From Lama glama (lineage: Eukaryota), in the NCBI GenBank assembly GCA_028534125.1, contig CM052832.1:19656001-19720000 (forward strand): a DNA stretch of 64,000 bases, written 5' to 3'. Made by a program: the position numbers and the translations under genes. The notes beneath the pieces are model-generated. The model was given only the letters and a program-made list of their open reading frames with translations, did no database searches and was not told the origin of the DNA. Position 1 is the first letter of the stretch; the number at the start of each line of letters is the position of its first letter. Below, piece by piece: positions 12,391 to 25,144 of this stretch.

Positions 12391-13399
12391 ATGCCTGACA
12401 TACTAATTCAGGGCTTTCTGCAATAACATCAGATTGAAAGTATGCATAAGTTTGCTAGTACAAAAATCTAAGAAGGGTGTAACAGTGGAATCAGGGAACA
12501 TTTTTCTCTTGCTTCTCTATCATTCATGCTAGAACAATTGCCATTGGAAAATGATGCTATATTTCAAAGTGAATTGCTACAGGGGAGCTAACAAATTCCT
12601 ACAAATTGTTTTCCTTTAGCAGTCTTGACTTGGGAAACTACATAGAGCTTTATATCAAGAGAAACAAGTCCAAAAGGAAAGACATTGGATTGTGAATAAT
12701 AATTTGAAAACTAAAGATATTCTCTACTCTGAGGGCGTTTATAAAAAATAAACGTTAATATGTCATGTAGGAGCAACAAATTACACTGCTGTAGATTTTT
12801 TGCAGGACTTCAGAGTAGAAGAGAGAATTGGCACATTTGTTTTCAAATTTTCTCTCAAAGATCTATCAGAAAAGATCTCAACATCTTAAGGTAAGTCTAA
12901 ATCCAAAGAAAAAGAAAAGCAACAACAAATACATCCTTGGAAAAGATATAAGTCCCCTAAGTGTATTTAATGTTTTGTTTCTCAAAAGTTGCCTCTTTTA
13001 CTTCCATTATGCATCTCAATCCCAGAAATTCTTCCTTTATGCACCACATTTAAAATATTTTAGTTAAAGGGATTATGGGGCTCTCAATTGTATCAAATGC
13101 ATCCTTGACACCTGCATAAATGTTTCAGGAGAGAACTATGAAATGGCAACATAATTAATTTTTCTAGTAAAGAAAGCCTGATGGATCATAGAAAGATGTT
13201 CTAGTTGGCATGGTAATTTCAATACATCACTCTTAGTGTTTCCCTTAAAGGTGTTTCACTGATGAAATAAGTAATATTACAAATAGCAATTTGCTTTGTT
13301 TTGTTTATGTATCCAGCTTTGTTACTTCATGCATTGTGTTTCTCAGTTTACCAGTGAAAACTAACTTTGGGTCATTCTCAAGATTAAAAAGAATAGACT

Positions 13400-14018
13400 T
13401 TCAAAAAGACACGTGGACCTCAATGTTTATAGCAGCACTATTTACAATAGCCAAGACATGGAAACAACCTAAATGTCCATTGACAGATGACTGTATAAAG
13501 AAGTTGTGGTATATTTATACAATGGAATACTACTCAGCCATAAAAATAATAAAACAATGCCATTTGCAGCAACATGGATGAACCTGGAGAATTCTAAGTG
13601 AAGTAAGCCAGAAAGAGGAAGAAAAATACCATACGATATCACTTATATGTGGAATCTAAAGAAAAAAAAAGACAAACAAACTTATTTACAAAACAGAAAC
13701 AGACTCACAGACATAGAAAACAAGCTTATGGTTACCGCTGGGAAAGGGGGTGGGAAGGGATAAATTGGGAGTTCGAGATTTGCAGATACTAATATATATA
13801 AAATGGATAAATAACAAGTTTATACTGTTGGGCACAGGGAACCATATTCAATATCTTGTAGTAACTTATGGTGAAAAAATATGAAAACAAATATATGTAT
13901 CTTTCTGTATCACTGAAGTATTGTGCTGTACACCAGAAATTGACACAACAATGTAAACTGACTAACTTCAATAAAAATATATTTAAAAAAATAAACATGA
14001 AGAGAAAAAAGCCAAAAA
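13400..14018 (+). mobile_element. 5'-truncated lineage-specific L1 (ORF2 C-terminus, 3' UTR and poly-A) with 14-bp TSD
   Basis: Translation [53 protein letters not shown] and A-rich tail; TSD AAAAAGAATAG(A/C)CT at 13386-13399 and 14019-14032; TT|AAAA endonuclease site. Confidence 0.97.
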
Positions 14019-14871
14019 AAAAAGAATAGCCTGACATGATCAAATAAGGTGACTTTATTTTTTCTTAATCTATCACTGTTGAGTATATTCTAGAAATACA
14101 CTATTTAATTGAATACCTGTCCCAGGGACTGATTTATTGCTTCTTTTAACTTAAAATGTTAGAACTAGTAAGCAAAAAAGTAATTACTGATTTGGACTGG
14201 TTTTAAATCTCTTGAAAGTGGGAGTACTATTTTATTATTAATTGACTTGAATCTTGGTGGATTGATTCCTAAAGCATTCTTTGTCACTCTCATTTGGTTA
14301 TCATTATCTCTAGCAGAATCAAGGGGTCCAGAATCAAGTCACAGATGATAAGTACCACTTTCTTTAGGCTGCATATAACATTATTCCTCCCCTCTCAGCC
14401 TCTACCAACCCACACCTCCTTATACAACTTTTAATTTCCTCATAGCCTTCATGTTTCTGCTGTGACTGCAACACTATATCCCACATCATTTTTTCAGAGC
14501 TAGATTCCTGGGGTTTCTGAAACTTGAAAAATGGATGAGTTTATACTACACACATATATGGAATGAATGGACAGCCAGTACCAGGAAGAACACAGTCCAA
14601 CTACAGAATGTCAGTTTCAAGGCAGGAGAATTCCTTCTGCTGTAAGCAGATTTTTGATTCTTCTGAAATAATGTTAACCTGTGGCATTTGGCAGACATGA
14701 GGGCATGTTAAGGGGACAAAACTTGTGTAGGGAAGTAGGTTATGGTAATTTTTAAAGGCCCTAAATTGAAAAGTGATAACTCCTTTTGATTATCTCTTGT
14801 GTTAGTTTCCGACTTTTAACCTTGACATCAATCTCAGCATAGAGGTAGGGGTATGGTCTCCAGATCCTTTA

Positions 14872-15307
14872 TGTACCAACGTGCTGGTGCAGCTTCCTGA
14901 GTTCATTCTCCACCGTCTGTTCTGTGTTCCTAAAATGCTTGGCTTCTAAAGACTGTATCACCTGGGCTCCCTTGCTGAATGGCTTTCAATTGGTTCTGCC
15001 AATAGGAAGCAATGGCAAATACTGGAAAAAGGAAGGAGAAATATCAAGGTATTTTTGTCCCTGTGCTTTTCTTGCTCTGGTGCCTTGACCTTCTGTAGCT
15101 ACAACTCCTCTGTGGTTTACGTTTTCATTGGCTCCAGTAATACGGTTTTCTTCCTGTCTTCTTTTGGCCTTGGGTCTCCACTGTTGAGCATCAACCTACC
15201 TCCCTTCCCTCTCCATTAACCCTGCCAACCTCTGCAAACAATCTTTTAATTCAAGTCTCTTTGTCTGAGCTCAGTAGTGTTTCCTGTTGCTAACTCTGTC
15301 TAATGCA
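14872..15307 (+). mobile_element. Solo ERV-L LTR (LTR16-like)
   Basis: TG...CA ends; 'gactgtatcacctgggctcccttgctg...ttctgccaataggaagc' and 'ttaaccctgccaacctctgcaaac' are typical of LTR16. Confidence 0.7.
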
Positions 15308-15454
15308 AGACTTGTATGATACCATGATTGCAGACTTTGTTCTGTGCCACTCCTCTGTGACTACAGAATTATCTGTTACTGACTAGTCCCTAACTAACAA
15401 ATATAATTAAGCATAATGTAGGGTTTAAGAACAAATGAAAGAGAGTAAGAAAGA

Positions 15455-15665
15455 CTTGGGTTTCATTTTGTGCAAGTAACTTAATCACTGCAGTCATCAT
15501 TTTTCTCCTCTGTAAAATGGGGATTGTTAGTATCACTGTTGTTTTATTAGTTTTGTTAGTATCTCTGTTGTTTTGAAGACTAAATGGGATAATACATGCA
15601 GAACTCTCAGCACAGTACATAGTGCTGTGTACACACTGTACAGTTACCTAGTGCTTATTAGCACT
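15455..15665 (+). mobile_element. MIR SINE
   Basis: 'gcaagtaacttaatc...ctcctctgtaaaatggggatt...gaagactaaatgggataatacatg'. Confidence 0.8.
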
Positions 15666-16489
15666 TCATGCATTTTAGCTATTATTGTGATGATTATATA
15701 TTTTCCAGCTACACATACAGTGATACTTAGATACTTAGAGGGAATGTGTACAATCAGGGGATCTGTAGAAACAGACGAAATTTGACCATCAACATTATAC
15801 ATAACATGGATGATATGGCTTTGTTAGAAGGTATGGATGAAGAAGAAGTAGAGGTGAAATGGATGCTACTCTGGTCATACATCATAACCTCGCTCCCTGT
15901 GGTGGCTAGTTCCGCTCCGTTTAAGATGATCTGGTAGGCATGTGGCATGCTGCTTTGTCTGTCTCTGCTAAGAGGCTCCCATCTGCTGTATGATCATCAG
16001 GATAACCGATGTTACCAGTTGTTTCTTTATTTCCGTTTTAATTAACCTTCTTCAAGGCATGTTCCCCAAATGTGAAGAGCCAATTTGCTGAGCAAGCCAT
16101 CTACTTGCACACAGCAAAACTGAAGAATTTGTTTACTTCATAACTCTCAAAAATGTTCTTATTAATGAAACAAAATGTGCATTTTTTGGTTATGTTTTCC
16201 AGGTTGATTGTTCTCTTAGGAATTAAAAATGCTTCTGCCAACAATACCTGACTTTCATGGGTTGCTTGCAGGGCTAATGGCTCTGTGGAGAAAAATCTAG
16301 GTCTAAAGTCACTAGCTTTGCTGTCATTCTCAATGATGACACTAGGCAGTTGTCAATGGTTACTGTTATGTTCAAGATTCCCGGCTATTCTGGAAGGATT
16401 TAATTACATAGGTGCTAGTGGTATGTCTGGACAGGTGGTGAATGTATATTGCCCTTTATATTATCCCAAGTGTGAAGGTTAGTAATTTA

Positions 16490-16700
16490 TTAGGCTAGGC
16501 TTGATGTTCCCCTGGCACTAGTCACAAGCTTTCTAACCTTGGACATGACTTACCTTTCTTTAAACCTTAGTTTCCTAATGTGTAAATGGGAATACTAGCC
16601 CTCACAGCATGCATGTGAAAGATAAAGTGAAATAATGTAAGGCAAGTATGTGTTACATTATTTGGCTGCTTGTAAGGTCTTGTGAAATGTTAGGTATTTA
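16490..16700 (+). mobile_element. MIR SINE
   Basis: 'accttggacatgacttacctttctttaaaccttagtttcctaatgtgtaaatggg'. Confidence 0.75.
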
Positions 16701-17084
16701 GTTGGTATGTGGCAGAACTGAAGATCCAGTGTCAGAACCTGAAGCCATGGTGACCAACTAAACAGTCCCATGTATGCTCAGAGCTCTAAGTCCGTTCTTG
16801 GGCTAATTGCTTCCATGAGTTTTGCTTGCAAGGGTCAGCTTTACTCATGCCAATAATGACCCTTATAGCCCATTTTCTAGTTTTAATGTTTCAAACCAGA
16901 ACGGGAACACATTAAACCAGAAAAGGAACACTTTGAGTACATTTTAATTGAGTCCACACTTGTTGCAAGAGTTGCTATGTATGCTATGGTTAAATTTCCA
17001 TTATCTTCCAAGTTCAGGACATTCTATTCCCCCTCCTTTTTTTGGCTGTACTTGACACTGTGACTGACTAGATAAGTATGAAAC

Positions 17085-17600
17085 TACCTAGTGGTGGTTA
17101 GAAACACAAACTTTGCAATCAGACAATCTAAGCTCCCCTACTTTTTAGCTGTATGATCTCAGGATAGTTGTTTCACTAATCTATCGGGTTTCTGTTACCA
17201 CAGACAGACTAAAATAAAAAGAAGATACACAGACTCACACACACACAGAGAGAGAACACAATATGATAACAGGAACAGAGATTGGAGTTATGTTGCTGTT
17301 AACCAAGGAACCTCAAGGTTTGCCAATAAACAACAGAAGCTAGGAGAGACTCATGGAACAGATTCATTCTCTGAGCCCCCAAGAAGGAAACAGCTCTGCT
17401 GACATATTAATTTCAGACTTTTGGTCTCTATAGCTGTAAGAAAATAAATTTCTGTTATAACCACAGAGTTTCTAGTACTTTGCTATGGAAGCCATGGGAA
17501 GTTGATACAATCATAACTTTTTTATTATTCATACATAAGAGGACTAATGAATTCTCTCACCTGATGTGAAGGGGTTGAGTGTCTTAGAGTATAAATATCT
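17085..17600 (+). mobile_element. MIR SINE interrupted by an MLT1 LTR
   Basis: MIR head 'tagtggtggttagaaacacaaactttgcaatcagac...tagctgtatgatctcagg' at 17085-17180; a weak MIR-like continuation follows 17510. Confidence 0.55.
17215..17509 (+). mobile_element. MaLR LTR, 3' part (MLT1C/D-like)
   Basis: 'gagattggagttatg...ccaaggaacc...agaagctaggagagactcatggaacagattc...gctgacatattaatttcagacttttgg...aataaatttctgtt...gataca'. Confidence 0.85.
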
Positions 17601-17940
17601 AAGCCTTAAAATCACCTACTTTCCCCACATTGAGAAAAAGATCAATTTCATTAATATATAATAATTATGTAATATCAAATTTTACATATTTGCATACCCT
17701 CTTATAACCCTTATAAATTTTATGACAGTATCCCCCATGTCATCATTTTGAAATGCAAGCAGTAGGCTTCAGTGATAAAACAACTTGACCGACATCATAC
17801 AAAGAATATGATTTCCTGATTGCTAGTCTGATTCCCGACTGAGGGTGAGACTGAGTAACCATGTCCATGGCTTCTTCATCTCCCTGATTAATTCATTTCT
17901 CTCTGAAGATTGAGTTGGCAATCATCATCACCCTTCTTTA

Positions 17941-18081
17941 GTGCCTTTCAACTTTTTTTTTTTGGCAGGGGAGGTAATTAGGTTTTACTTAATAATCTGT
18001 TAGAGGAGGTACTGGGGATTGAACCCAGGACCTTCTGTATGCTAAGCACGTGCTCTACCACTTGAGCTATACCCTCCCTCC
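17941..18081 (-). mobile_element. Camelid tRNA-derived SINE (vic-1 type) with TSD
   Basis: Minus strand reads GGGAGGGTATAGCTCAAGTGGTAGAGCACGTGCTTAGC...GGGTTCAATCCCCAGTACCTCC...CCTAATTACCTCCCC then A11; Pol III A and B boxes present; TSD at 17924-17939 and 18083-18098. Confidence 0.9.
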
Positions 18082-18829
18082 TATCATTGCCCTTCTTTTA
18101 ATATTTTTCCTCACACCCTATTTCTTTAATACTTAAAATTGCCATCTCTCTTCAACTTTCTGTACCTTATTCTCTTCTCTTACGTAATACAAAATCTGAT
18201 TTTTTTTCAGTTGCTCCATGGAGATAAGGGCCAACACTAAAAATGGAATACTCTAACACTGACACAGCACATTCTAATCATGCAGGCTACTACAACTGAG
18301 TGCTAGTGTTCCTTTCTATGCCAATTATCTTTATTTTCAGAGAGGTGGGAGTAAGCACTAAATTATGGGGAGAAAATAGTTATTAGAACATAAAGATTTC
18401 ATAATGTTCAGAAAGAAATCCCCCCAATGACCAGGGTTGCTATAAATATAAAGTAATTTCCGATTTTGTAACTAAAACAATTAATTGATCTAATTAATGT
18501 TAAATTAGTAAGAATAAGAGAGAATGCAAAAGAGAAATGTAGATGTGCTCTTCAGTTAGAAAGAACATGATAATCTCAATTCAAATGGGGTCATACATAA
18601 CCAGTTCATTTTAACATATTACCTGTAGAAAAGCATTGTTTTTTTGAGGGGGAAAGCATTTGTTTTGTTGTATGGGACCAAACCTTAAAACTGTAGTTGT
18701 GGAGTATCGTATATTAATGAGAGTATACGTATCAGTAGTGGTGGTGGATTTTCTAGTAGTGTGACAACAAACATTTGTATATATTTAAATGACAACTAAC
18801 TTGGGTGGGTTGTAGTCTTGGAGGTTACC

Positions 18830-18960
18830 TAGCTAAACTCCCATTTTTAGAAGAAGAACCAAGGCATGGGGAATTATGTGGCTTTCTAAAGTATATTACA
18901 GAGTCAGCATTAGAAATCAGGACCTCTGACCCAAACCTAGTGCTCTTTTCATTACAATAG
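18830..18960 (-). mobile_element. MIR fragment
   Basis: 'cccatttttagaagaagaaccaaggc...attagaaatcaggacctctgacccaaacctagtgctctttt'. Confidence 0.6.
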
Positions 18961-19669
18961 GAGTGGGAAATGCATTTCAACTCTGTACCAATCTGGACCA
19001 TGGACAGTAGCTGCCTGGCCATACTTTCTCTGATGCTTTAGTAATGTCTGTCATAGGTCCTGAAAGAGGGAATGGCTGATGCTTATTATGAACTGTCATC
19101 TCTGATCTATATAGAACTGTGACTCCAAACATATTTTTAACAGCCATATAATAGATATCTCCAGAATGAAATTGAGATGTATCATATATAGGGGGAAAAA
19201 AATCCAAGTTGTGTGTGTATGTGTGTGGGGGACTAAAGAACGCAAGCTTTTTCCCATGGTGACATATCTTCTTCAATTAGAAACCTCTTAAAGCTCAAAA
19301 ACCTAGTAAAAGCCATTGGCCAAAAAAAGTCTCCATTCCCATGTAAGAAATTTTGGAATTTTAAAGTGATCCAGTATGTACTTTCCTTTGCTCTTCTCTA
19401 ATATCCACAGCTCTACTGATGCCTCTTCTGTGATTTATAAAATTAAAATCTTTTACCTTTGATTTTCTCACCACAAAAGCATATCCTTTGTCTCCGTGTA
19501 AAGCCTCAGTTCATAGAACATTCTCAGAAAGTCAACCACACACTTCTTCCTTCTATTCCTTCCCAGCTGACTGCTAAGCTGTTACTCTGCTTTCCATGAT
19601 GCTTTTGTACTTGGAGCTTTACTATTCTGAAAGACCTCAAAGGGCTCCATGAAATGGAATTTACTGTTT

Positions 19670-19835
19670 GATATGATCCCCTGTTGAGTTTGAAAAGCAT
19701 TAGGCTACGGCGTCTCCTTTATTTTATATATGGGGACATGCTAACAGAGAAGGTGAGTGAATAGCCGTAAGTCACACAGCAAGCAAGTGTTGTAACCTTC
19801 AGTTCTGATTATTATGCTATATTGTTTCCATCTAC
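19670..19835 (-). mobile_element. MIR fragment
   Basis: 'attttatatatggggacatgctaacagagaaggtgagtgaatagccgtaagtcacacagcaag'. Confidence 0.6.
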
Positions 19836-21479
19836 ATCCTTTTGCCCTTTTCTTGGAAGGCCAAGGATTGCACTGGTAGTGTGTATTTCAGCTTCAACAC
19901 AGCTTTGAACTTACATCTTCAGAAGAACTACACAGGTGGGAAGAAAAGAGCCATGCTCTGCCTCCACGGGTCTATGCTCTTTCACAGAAGCTGACTTGAG
20001 GCTTCATTTCTGGAGAATGAATCTTTGGGAAATAGATCACTTTAGTCTGAAAAATCAGTTTGAAGATGTGTGAGGTTTGTTGGCCGCAGGCAAGGATTGT
20101 GTGGATTTTTTTTTTTTGGCAGACAGCATGGATCAGTGTTCTACGTATGAAAATGACAGCTAGCAAAAGAAAATAATGTCTAGAGCAATGAAAAAAAAAA
20201 CTTTCAACTGTCTTTAAGCGATAAAACACTGAAAGACACAAGGATTTCAGTTTCTTTATGACTGACACCAAGATTTGCAAAGTTATTATTTTGCCTTTTG
20301 GTAAGCTTACTAAAGAATTCTGTTTAGAAGTTTCTCAGCCAGTAAAAAATAAGATATTTTCTTTCTTATTCCTTTCGTCTCTTTTTCTTTTTTACAATCA
20401 ATCAGTGTGATAATGGAGCTGTCACTGAAAGAAGTTGACTGCTCTGCTGCTTTTTTAGCAAGAATTTTTTCTTTGCATCTCTTTGGCAGCTTTTCTTCAA
20501 GATGTTTCCATTGAGAGCATGGGTTATAGGTATTTGCTGACGGCCTCAAGGAAAAAGAACAATTCCATTCAAAGTGGTGATCATTCTTCAAACCTTTTTG
20601 CATCCATGTGACTAAAAGTTCAGTACTTAAAAAATATGTTCTCGGATGAACAGCACGTGGAAAGTCCACAGGAATGATGCTCGATGTAATGTGGACAATG
20701 CTCATTGTTACCTTTTCTTCTTCCAGCATAATGATTATAATATGGTGGTCAGTAAAACCCAATGATAAATCTTACCTGTATCTCATTCATTTTTACAATT
20801 CTGTAATCTTTATGATTCTCTTATCAAAATGGTAAGGGCATAGGATATTATCCTCATTTCACAGCTCAAGAGCTCCAGATACAAAATGAAAAAAATTTCT
20901 TACTCAAGATCAGCACTCGAGGGACTTTGCAGTATCCTTTTCTGTGCTCTAAACATACCAATCTCTATCCCCGTATGTGCCTAAGAATAATAAACAAGGT
21001 AAAAGAGAAAAAATAATCAATATGAACTAGGGAGAATTGGTTTCACATAGAATTTTGAAAAGTTTTTCTGTGACTTTTTGGTGGCTCTTTGAAAGTGACT
21101 TTTTTTTTTCCTGTAATAAGTAAAATGTCAGTATGACCTGGATATAATGAATATCTTGTTTTTTGAAGGTTATTAGCAGTCACAATCCCACTTCTGTGGT
21201 AGGGCATGCTTTCGAAGCCTACGCATTGTGCATTCATTTATGAGAGCTCACATTTCTCTATTACCGTGTGTCGGATTTCTGAAAGCTTGTTATCTGGGTA
21301 TGGTCTTTCTCTGGTTGATAAGACAGAATTGAAGACCCTGGCATCATTCATTTCAGTGATTTGGGGCAGAAGCAAGGTGTAACTAAGGTTATGTTTGCAC
21401 AAAACCATTGGAATGACCTTTTCCAATGATGGATGAATGGACAGATGGATGGATTAGTTTACTAGCAATCTACTAATTC

Positions 21480-22060
21480 ATTTGAAATATATTATTTTTA
21501 TTATTAAACCTAGCACAGTCATTGGAGAATACAGAAAGAGGAAAAATACAGTTTACCCACAAGACTATAATCCAGTGATAATCACCATATCATTTTGATA
21601 TATTTTATTTGTCTTTTCAATATGCACATTTTAATGTTTAAAAAGAACATTGTTTTTAAAAATTTACATTCTGAGTTACTTCCTTAATGTTAATGATATT
21701 TTCCCTGTGTAATTAAGTACTCTTTGGTTCTTTTCCCCCATTTTATTATAATTTATTTTAGCATTCCTGTATTGTTGACTATTGGGTTATTTCCAATTTT
21801 TAATATTACTAGTGAGACTGAAATAACACTTATCTACATATCTCTTTGTCTTCTTACTGGTCATATTTTTAGTTAGAGGGGAAGCATTCAAGAGAAAGAA
21901 AAAAATAAATCTATGAACATGTGCATTTTCATGAGACCCTTCCAAATTGTCTTCCAATGAGATCATGACAATTTATACTCCCACCAGCAGTGCATGAGAG
22001 TACTTATCTCCCCATAACTTCATTAATTCTGAATTCTATTATGTATGTGAAAAGTCAGTT
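21480..22060 (-). mobile_element. L1ME-like 3' fragment
   Basis: 'gggttatttccaattttt...ccaaattgtcttccaa...caatttatactcccaccagcagtgcatgagagtac'. Confidence 0.7.
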
Positions 22061-22069
22061 TTATATGTA

Positions 22070-23300
22070 AAACATGAGGGTACAGAAATAGTTTGGCAGA
22101 CAAGCAACTGATCAAGGTAGTCTTCACTAGAGAGGTGACATCTGACCTGAATCTTGAAGGGGAAAAGGAAATCTCTGGGCATATAAGGGGTGAGGACCTG
22201 AGGCTGAGAAACCAAATGTCATGTGAAAAGAGGTAGGGTCATGAGAAAGCATGGAATTTAGGGGGTATGAATCAGAGTATGTGGATTCTTAGATGAAGGC
22301 AGGGCAGTGGAAAGGGATGAACCAGAGACCGATAATAGAGAATAAAGGGCGATTTTGTTTCATCATAAAGTTTTTAGTCTTTGTCTTACAGATAAGAATT
22401 TTTTTTGAAGATTTTCCCCAGACCACCAGGCATTGGAATTACTCAGGGCTGTAGAAAGGAGCTCCTTTTGGCTATTCTTAACTTTTTCCTTTAAATTCCT
22501 GTATCACTTAATTTATACCTCTTTTTGAAGCATTTGCTATCATTTATCTGTTTTCACTTCTGTCATGTCCATTTGACTACATATCTTTTTTCTTTGAGTT
22601 GGTCATCAAAGCCTTATTAAGCATCGAACTCATATTGGTCATGGAGGCTGGTTTCTGGGGTCCCACAGCAGTGCCGGATGGAAGACTCATGAGGCTGCAC
22701 AGAGGGGGGCTGTGTGAGAACACAGAGGGACTCTCTCAATGAGCCTGAGGATGATGACAAGGATGGTACACTAGTGCATACTCATTGTATACTGAGCATT
22801 GATAAGTGAACAGCATTAGAGGCCTCAGTAAGTACTGATTTAATAAGTGCACTAATAAATAGGAGGATCTTAACAGAGAAGTAATATGAGAGTATACATA
22901 CATACACATGTATATTTCATTTTAGAAGGAGATTGGGGAGTAACATGGAGAATGAATTTGTGGAGGACAGATTTGGAGGTGGGGAGAACAGTTAGGAGGC
23001 TACTTTATTTGTGAGAGAGACTAAAACCTGAACCAATGGGAACAGGGAGTGGAGGGAAAATCACAGGAGAAAGCCTTTAAGACATTTGTGACTCATTGGA
23101 TGTATGTGTATATGTGGGACAGGGGGTTGTTAAATAGAATAAATCATTTCTAAATTCTGGCTTAAATGGGTAGGTGGGGTTCCATAAATTAATAAAGAAA
23201 TACCACAAGAGGAACAGGTTTAATCGAAAAGATGATGGTGGTGGTTATATGGATTGAGGTGCTTTTACATCTTCCAGTGCAAAATATTCAGATGAAGAAT
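22070..23300 (-). mobile_element. L2 fragments
   Basis: 'ttcactagagaggtgacatctgacctgaatcttgaagg' and 'ggaggtggggagaacagttaggaggctact' match L2 antisense. Confidence 0.65.
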
Positions 23301-25144
23301 TCCACTAGTGTTTTTTTCTATTAAATACTTCTTGTTGTTGTTTGTCCCAAGATTATCATGTGAAATTTGTACTCCTCAGGGATGGATGTAGAATTTATTT
23401 TACAAGATGTATATTAGGTATTGAAAGCAGTAATTTACTTTTATTTTTTGATTTATTGTCACAAAAGTAAGTGATTATTTGGATAATTTGTTAACTGAAT
23501 TTAAGTGGATAAAAATCATTATAAAATTAATTTCCTCATAAACAGGTTATTTGTTGACATTTAGGATTACTTTCTTATATTAAATTGGTATAACCATCAT
23601 AAGGCTAAAACATTTACATTCTTTCTATTTTTATTTTTAACAACTTTTTATACTGTAATGTCTACAGATATAAAATACGGAATTCAAAAACAAATTAATT
23701 TTTTAAATTTCAGATTACTGGATGTGAGATGAGAATTCAAAATATTGGGTGGAAATTAGGAAAAAGACAAGGTTAATTGATTCTTTCCGACTGTCTCAAA
23801 TATTCTATAATTAGAAACTATACACTGCTTTCTAGGAAAAAATATACTATTGTGGTTTGTGTATACTTTTAAAAATAGTTACAATAAAATAACTTGGAAA
23901 ATATAATTTATATTTAGATCTTATTTTAATAGTAATGTGCATTAAAATTTACTGTGAATGTGATCTTGGATCCAGAAGAATATAGATTATGTTTATAAGG
24001 ATAACAAACAATATGTCATATTTTTAAAACAAAAAAAAGAGGGAGAGAAACATGTTAGCTGTGTTTTAAACTGAGCTATGCAAAGGTGAAAGTAAAGATT
24101 GCAAGTTCTGAGGCTTAAATTCAAAAACTTCAATAGAGTTTAATGAGAGGCGAGTTAATTTTATTTGCAATAAAACTTAATGCATCTAGTGTATTTTCTG
24201 AATTTATTTAGAACCAAACATTTTTACATAATGTATAATCTCTGCTATGGAGTCTAATGAATCCAGGGCACAGGAGTTAATTAGTAACCATGGGAACTCT
24301 AAGGCATACTAAGTCCAAATGTGGTGGAGAGCTTGACAGACAATAGTGAGTTCCAGAATGTGCTTTCAGCTCCATGAAAAATAATAAGCTAATAAGTCTT
24401 CTAAAGATGATGGTGTTCAGGGATTGAAGACACTATCCTGAATTTACTTAGATTGTTGTTTTTTTTTTCCCTCTTCCTAAAAATCTCCATATGAGCAAGC
24501 AAATGGTCCAGATAAATGTTTCTCACTGAGGTGTTAAAAGGGAAAAAAAACACAGATAATGAAGAATAAAATGATTGATAGGTGTTTGGGGACAGTTGCA
24601 TAACAGCATAATGTTCTGCTGCTTTGAGAAGTCTTTTGTCCTAGCATAAAGGGCTATCAAATAGGACTCTCTCTCTAAATAATCATAAAAAATAGATTTA
24701 CAGATGTTTTAAAATTTTCATTTCACAAAGCTAGGAAAAAGAGAAAAGCATCTTTTTAAGGTCTTTTTAATTTACCTGCTGTTTTAGGTAAGACCTTTCT
24801 TAGGAGAAGCAAAACAAACAAAACACTATAGAATTGCTCAATTTGAGCATTGGGAAACAGCTCTTTGTTTTTGAGTAGTATTCAAAAGTTTTTCAAATCA
24901 TAAAGCTTTGAATTTTTTTGTTGTTATTGTTAGTTTTTTCCCCATCAAACCTCTGAAACTATGAGTGCCTGACTTTCTGCCAAAATGCATTTTTTCTCTA
25001 GGTTGGTACTTTCCTTATTGAACATTTGCATTATTTGGGTAAGGCTTATATGAAGTGAACTCCCATATCTGAAGCAATATGGGTTTGTTTTATTTAGTGC
25101 ATGAAAAATTTATTCTTTTGAATAGAAATTATTTTGTTTTAGTT

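Noticed and set aside
15891..15906. CTCF-like motif (minus strand GCCACCACAGGGAGCG)
   Set aside because: It mismatches at a strongly conserved core G, and there is no other support.
18005..18078. tRNA-like sequence with A and B boxes
   Set aside because: It is followed by a SINE body and A-tail and flanked by TSDs, so it is a SINE head rather than a tRNA gene.
20727..20831. 105-nt plus-strand exon-like segment with one open frame
   Set aside because: Its 3' half runs into MIR-like sequence, and the peptide is unrecognisable.
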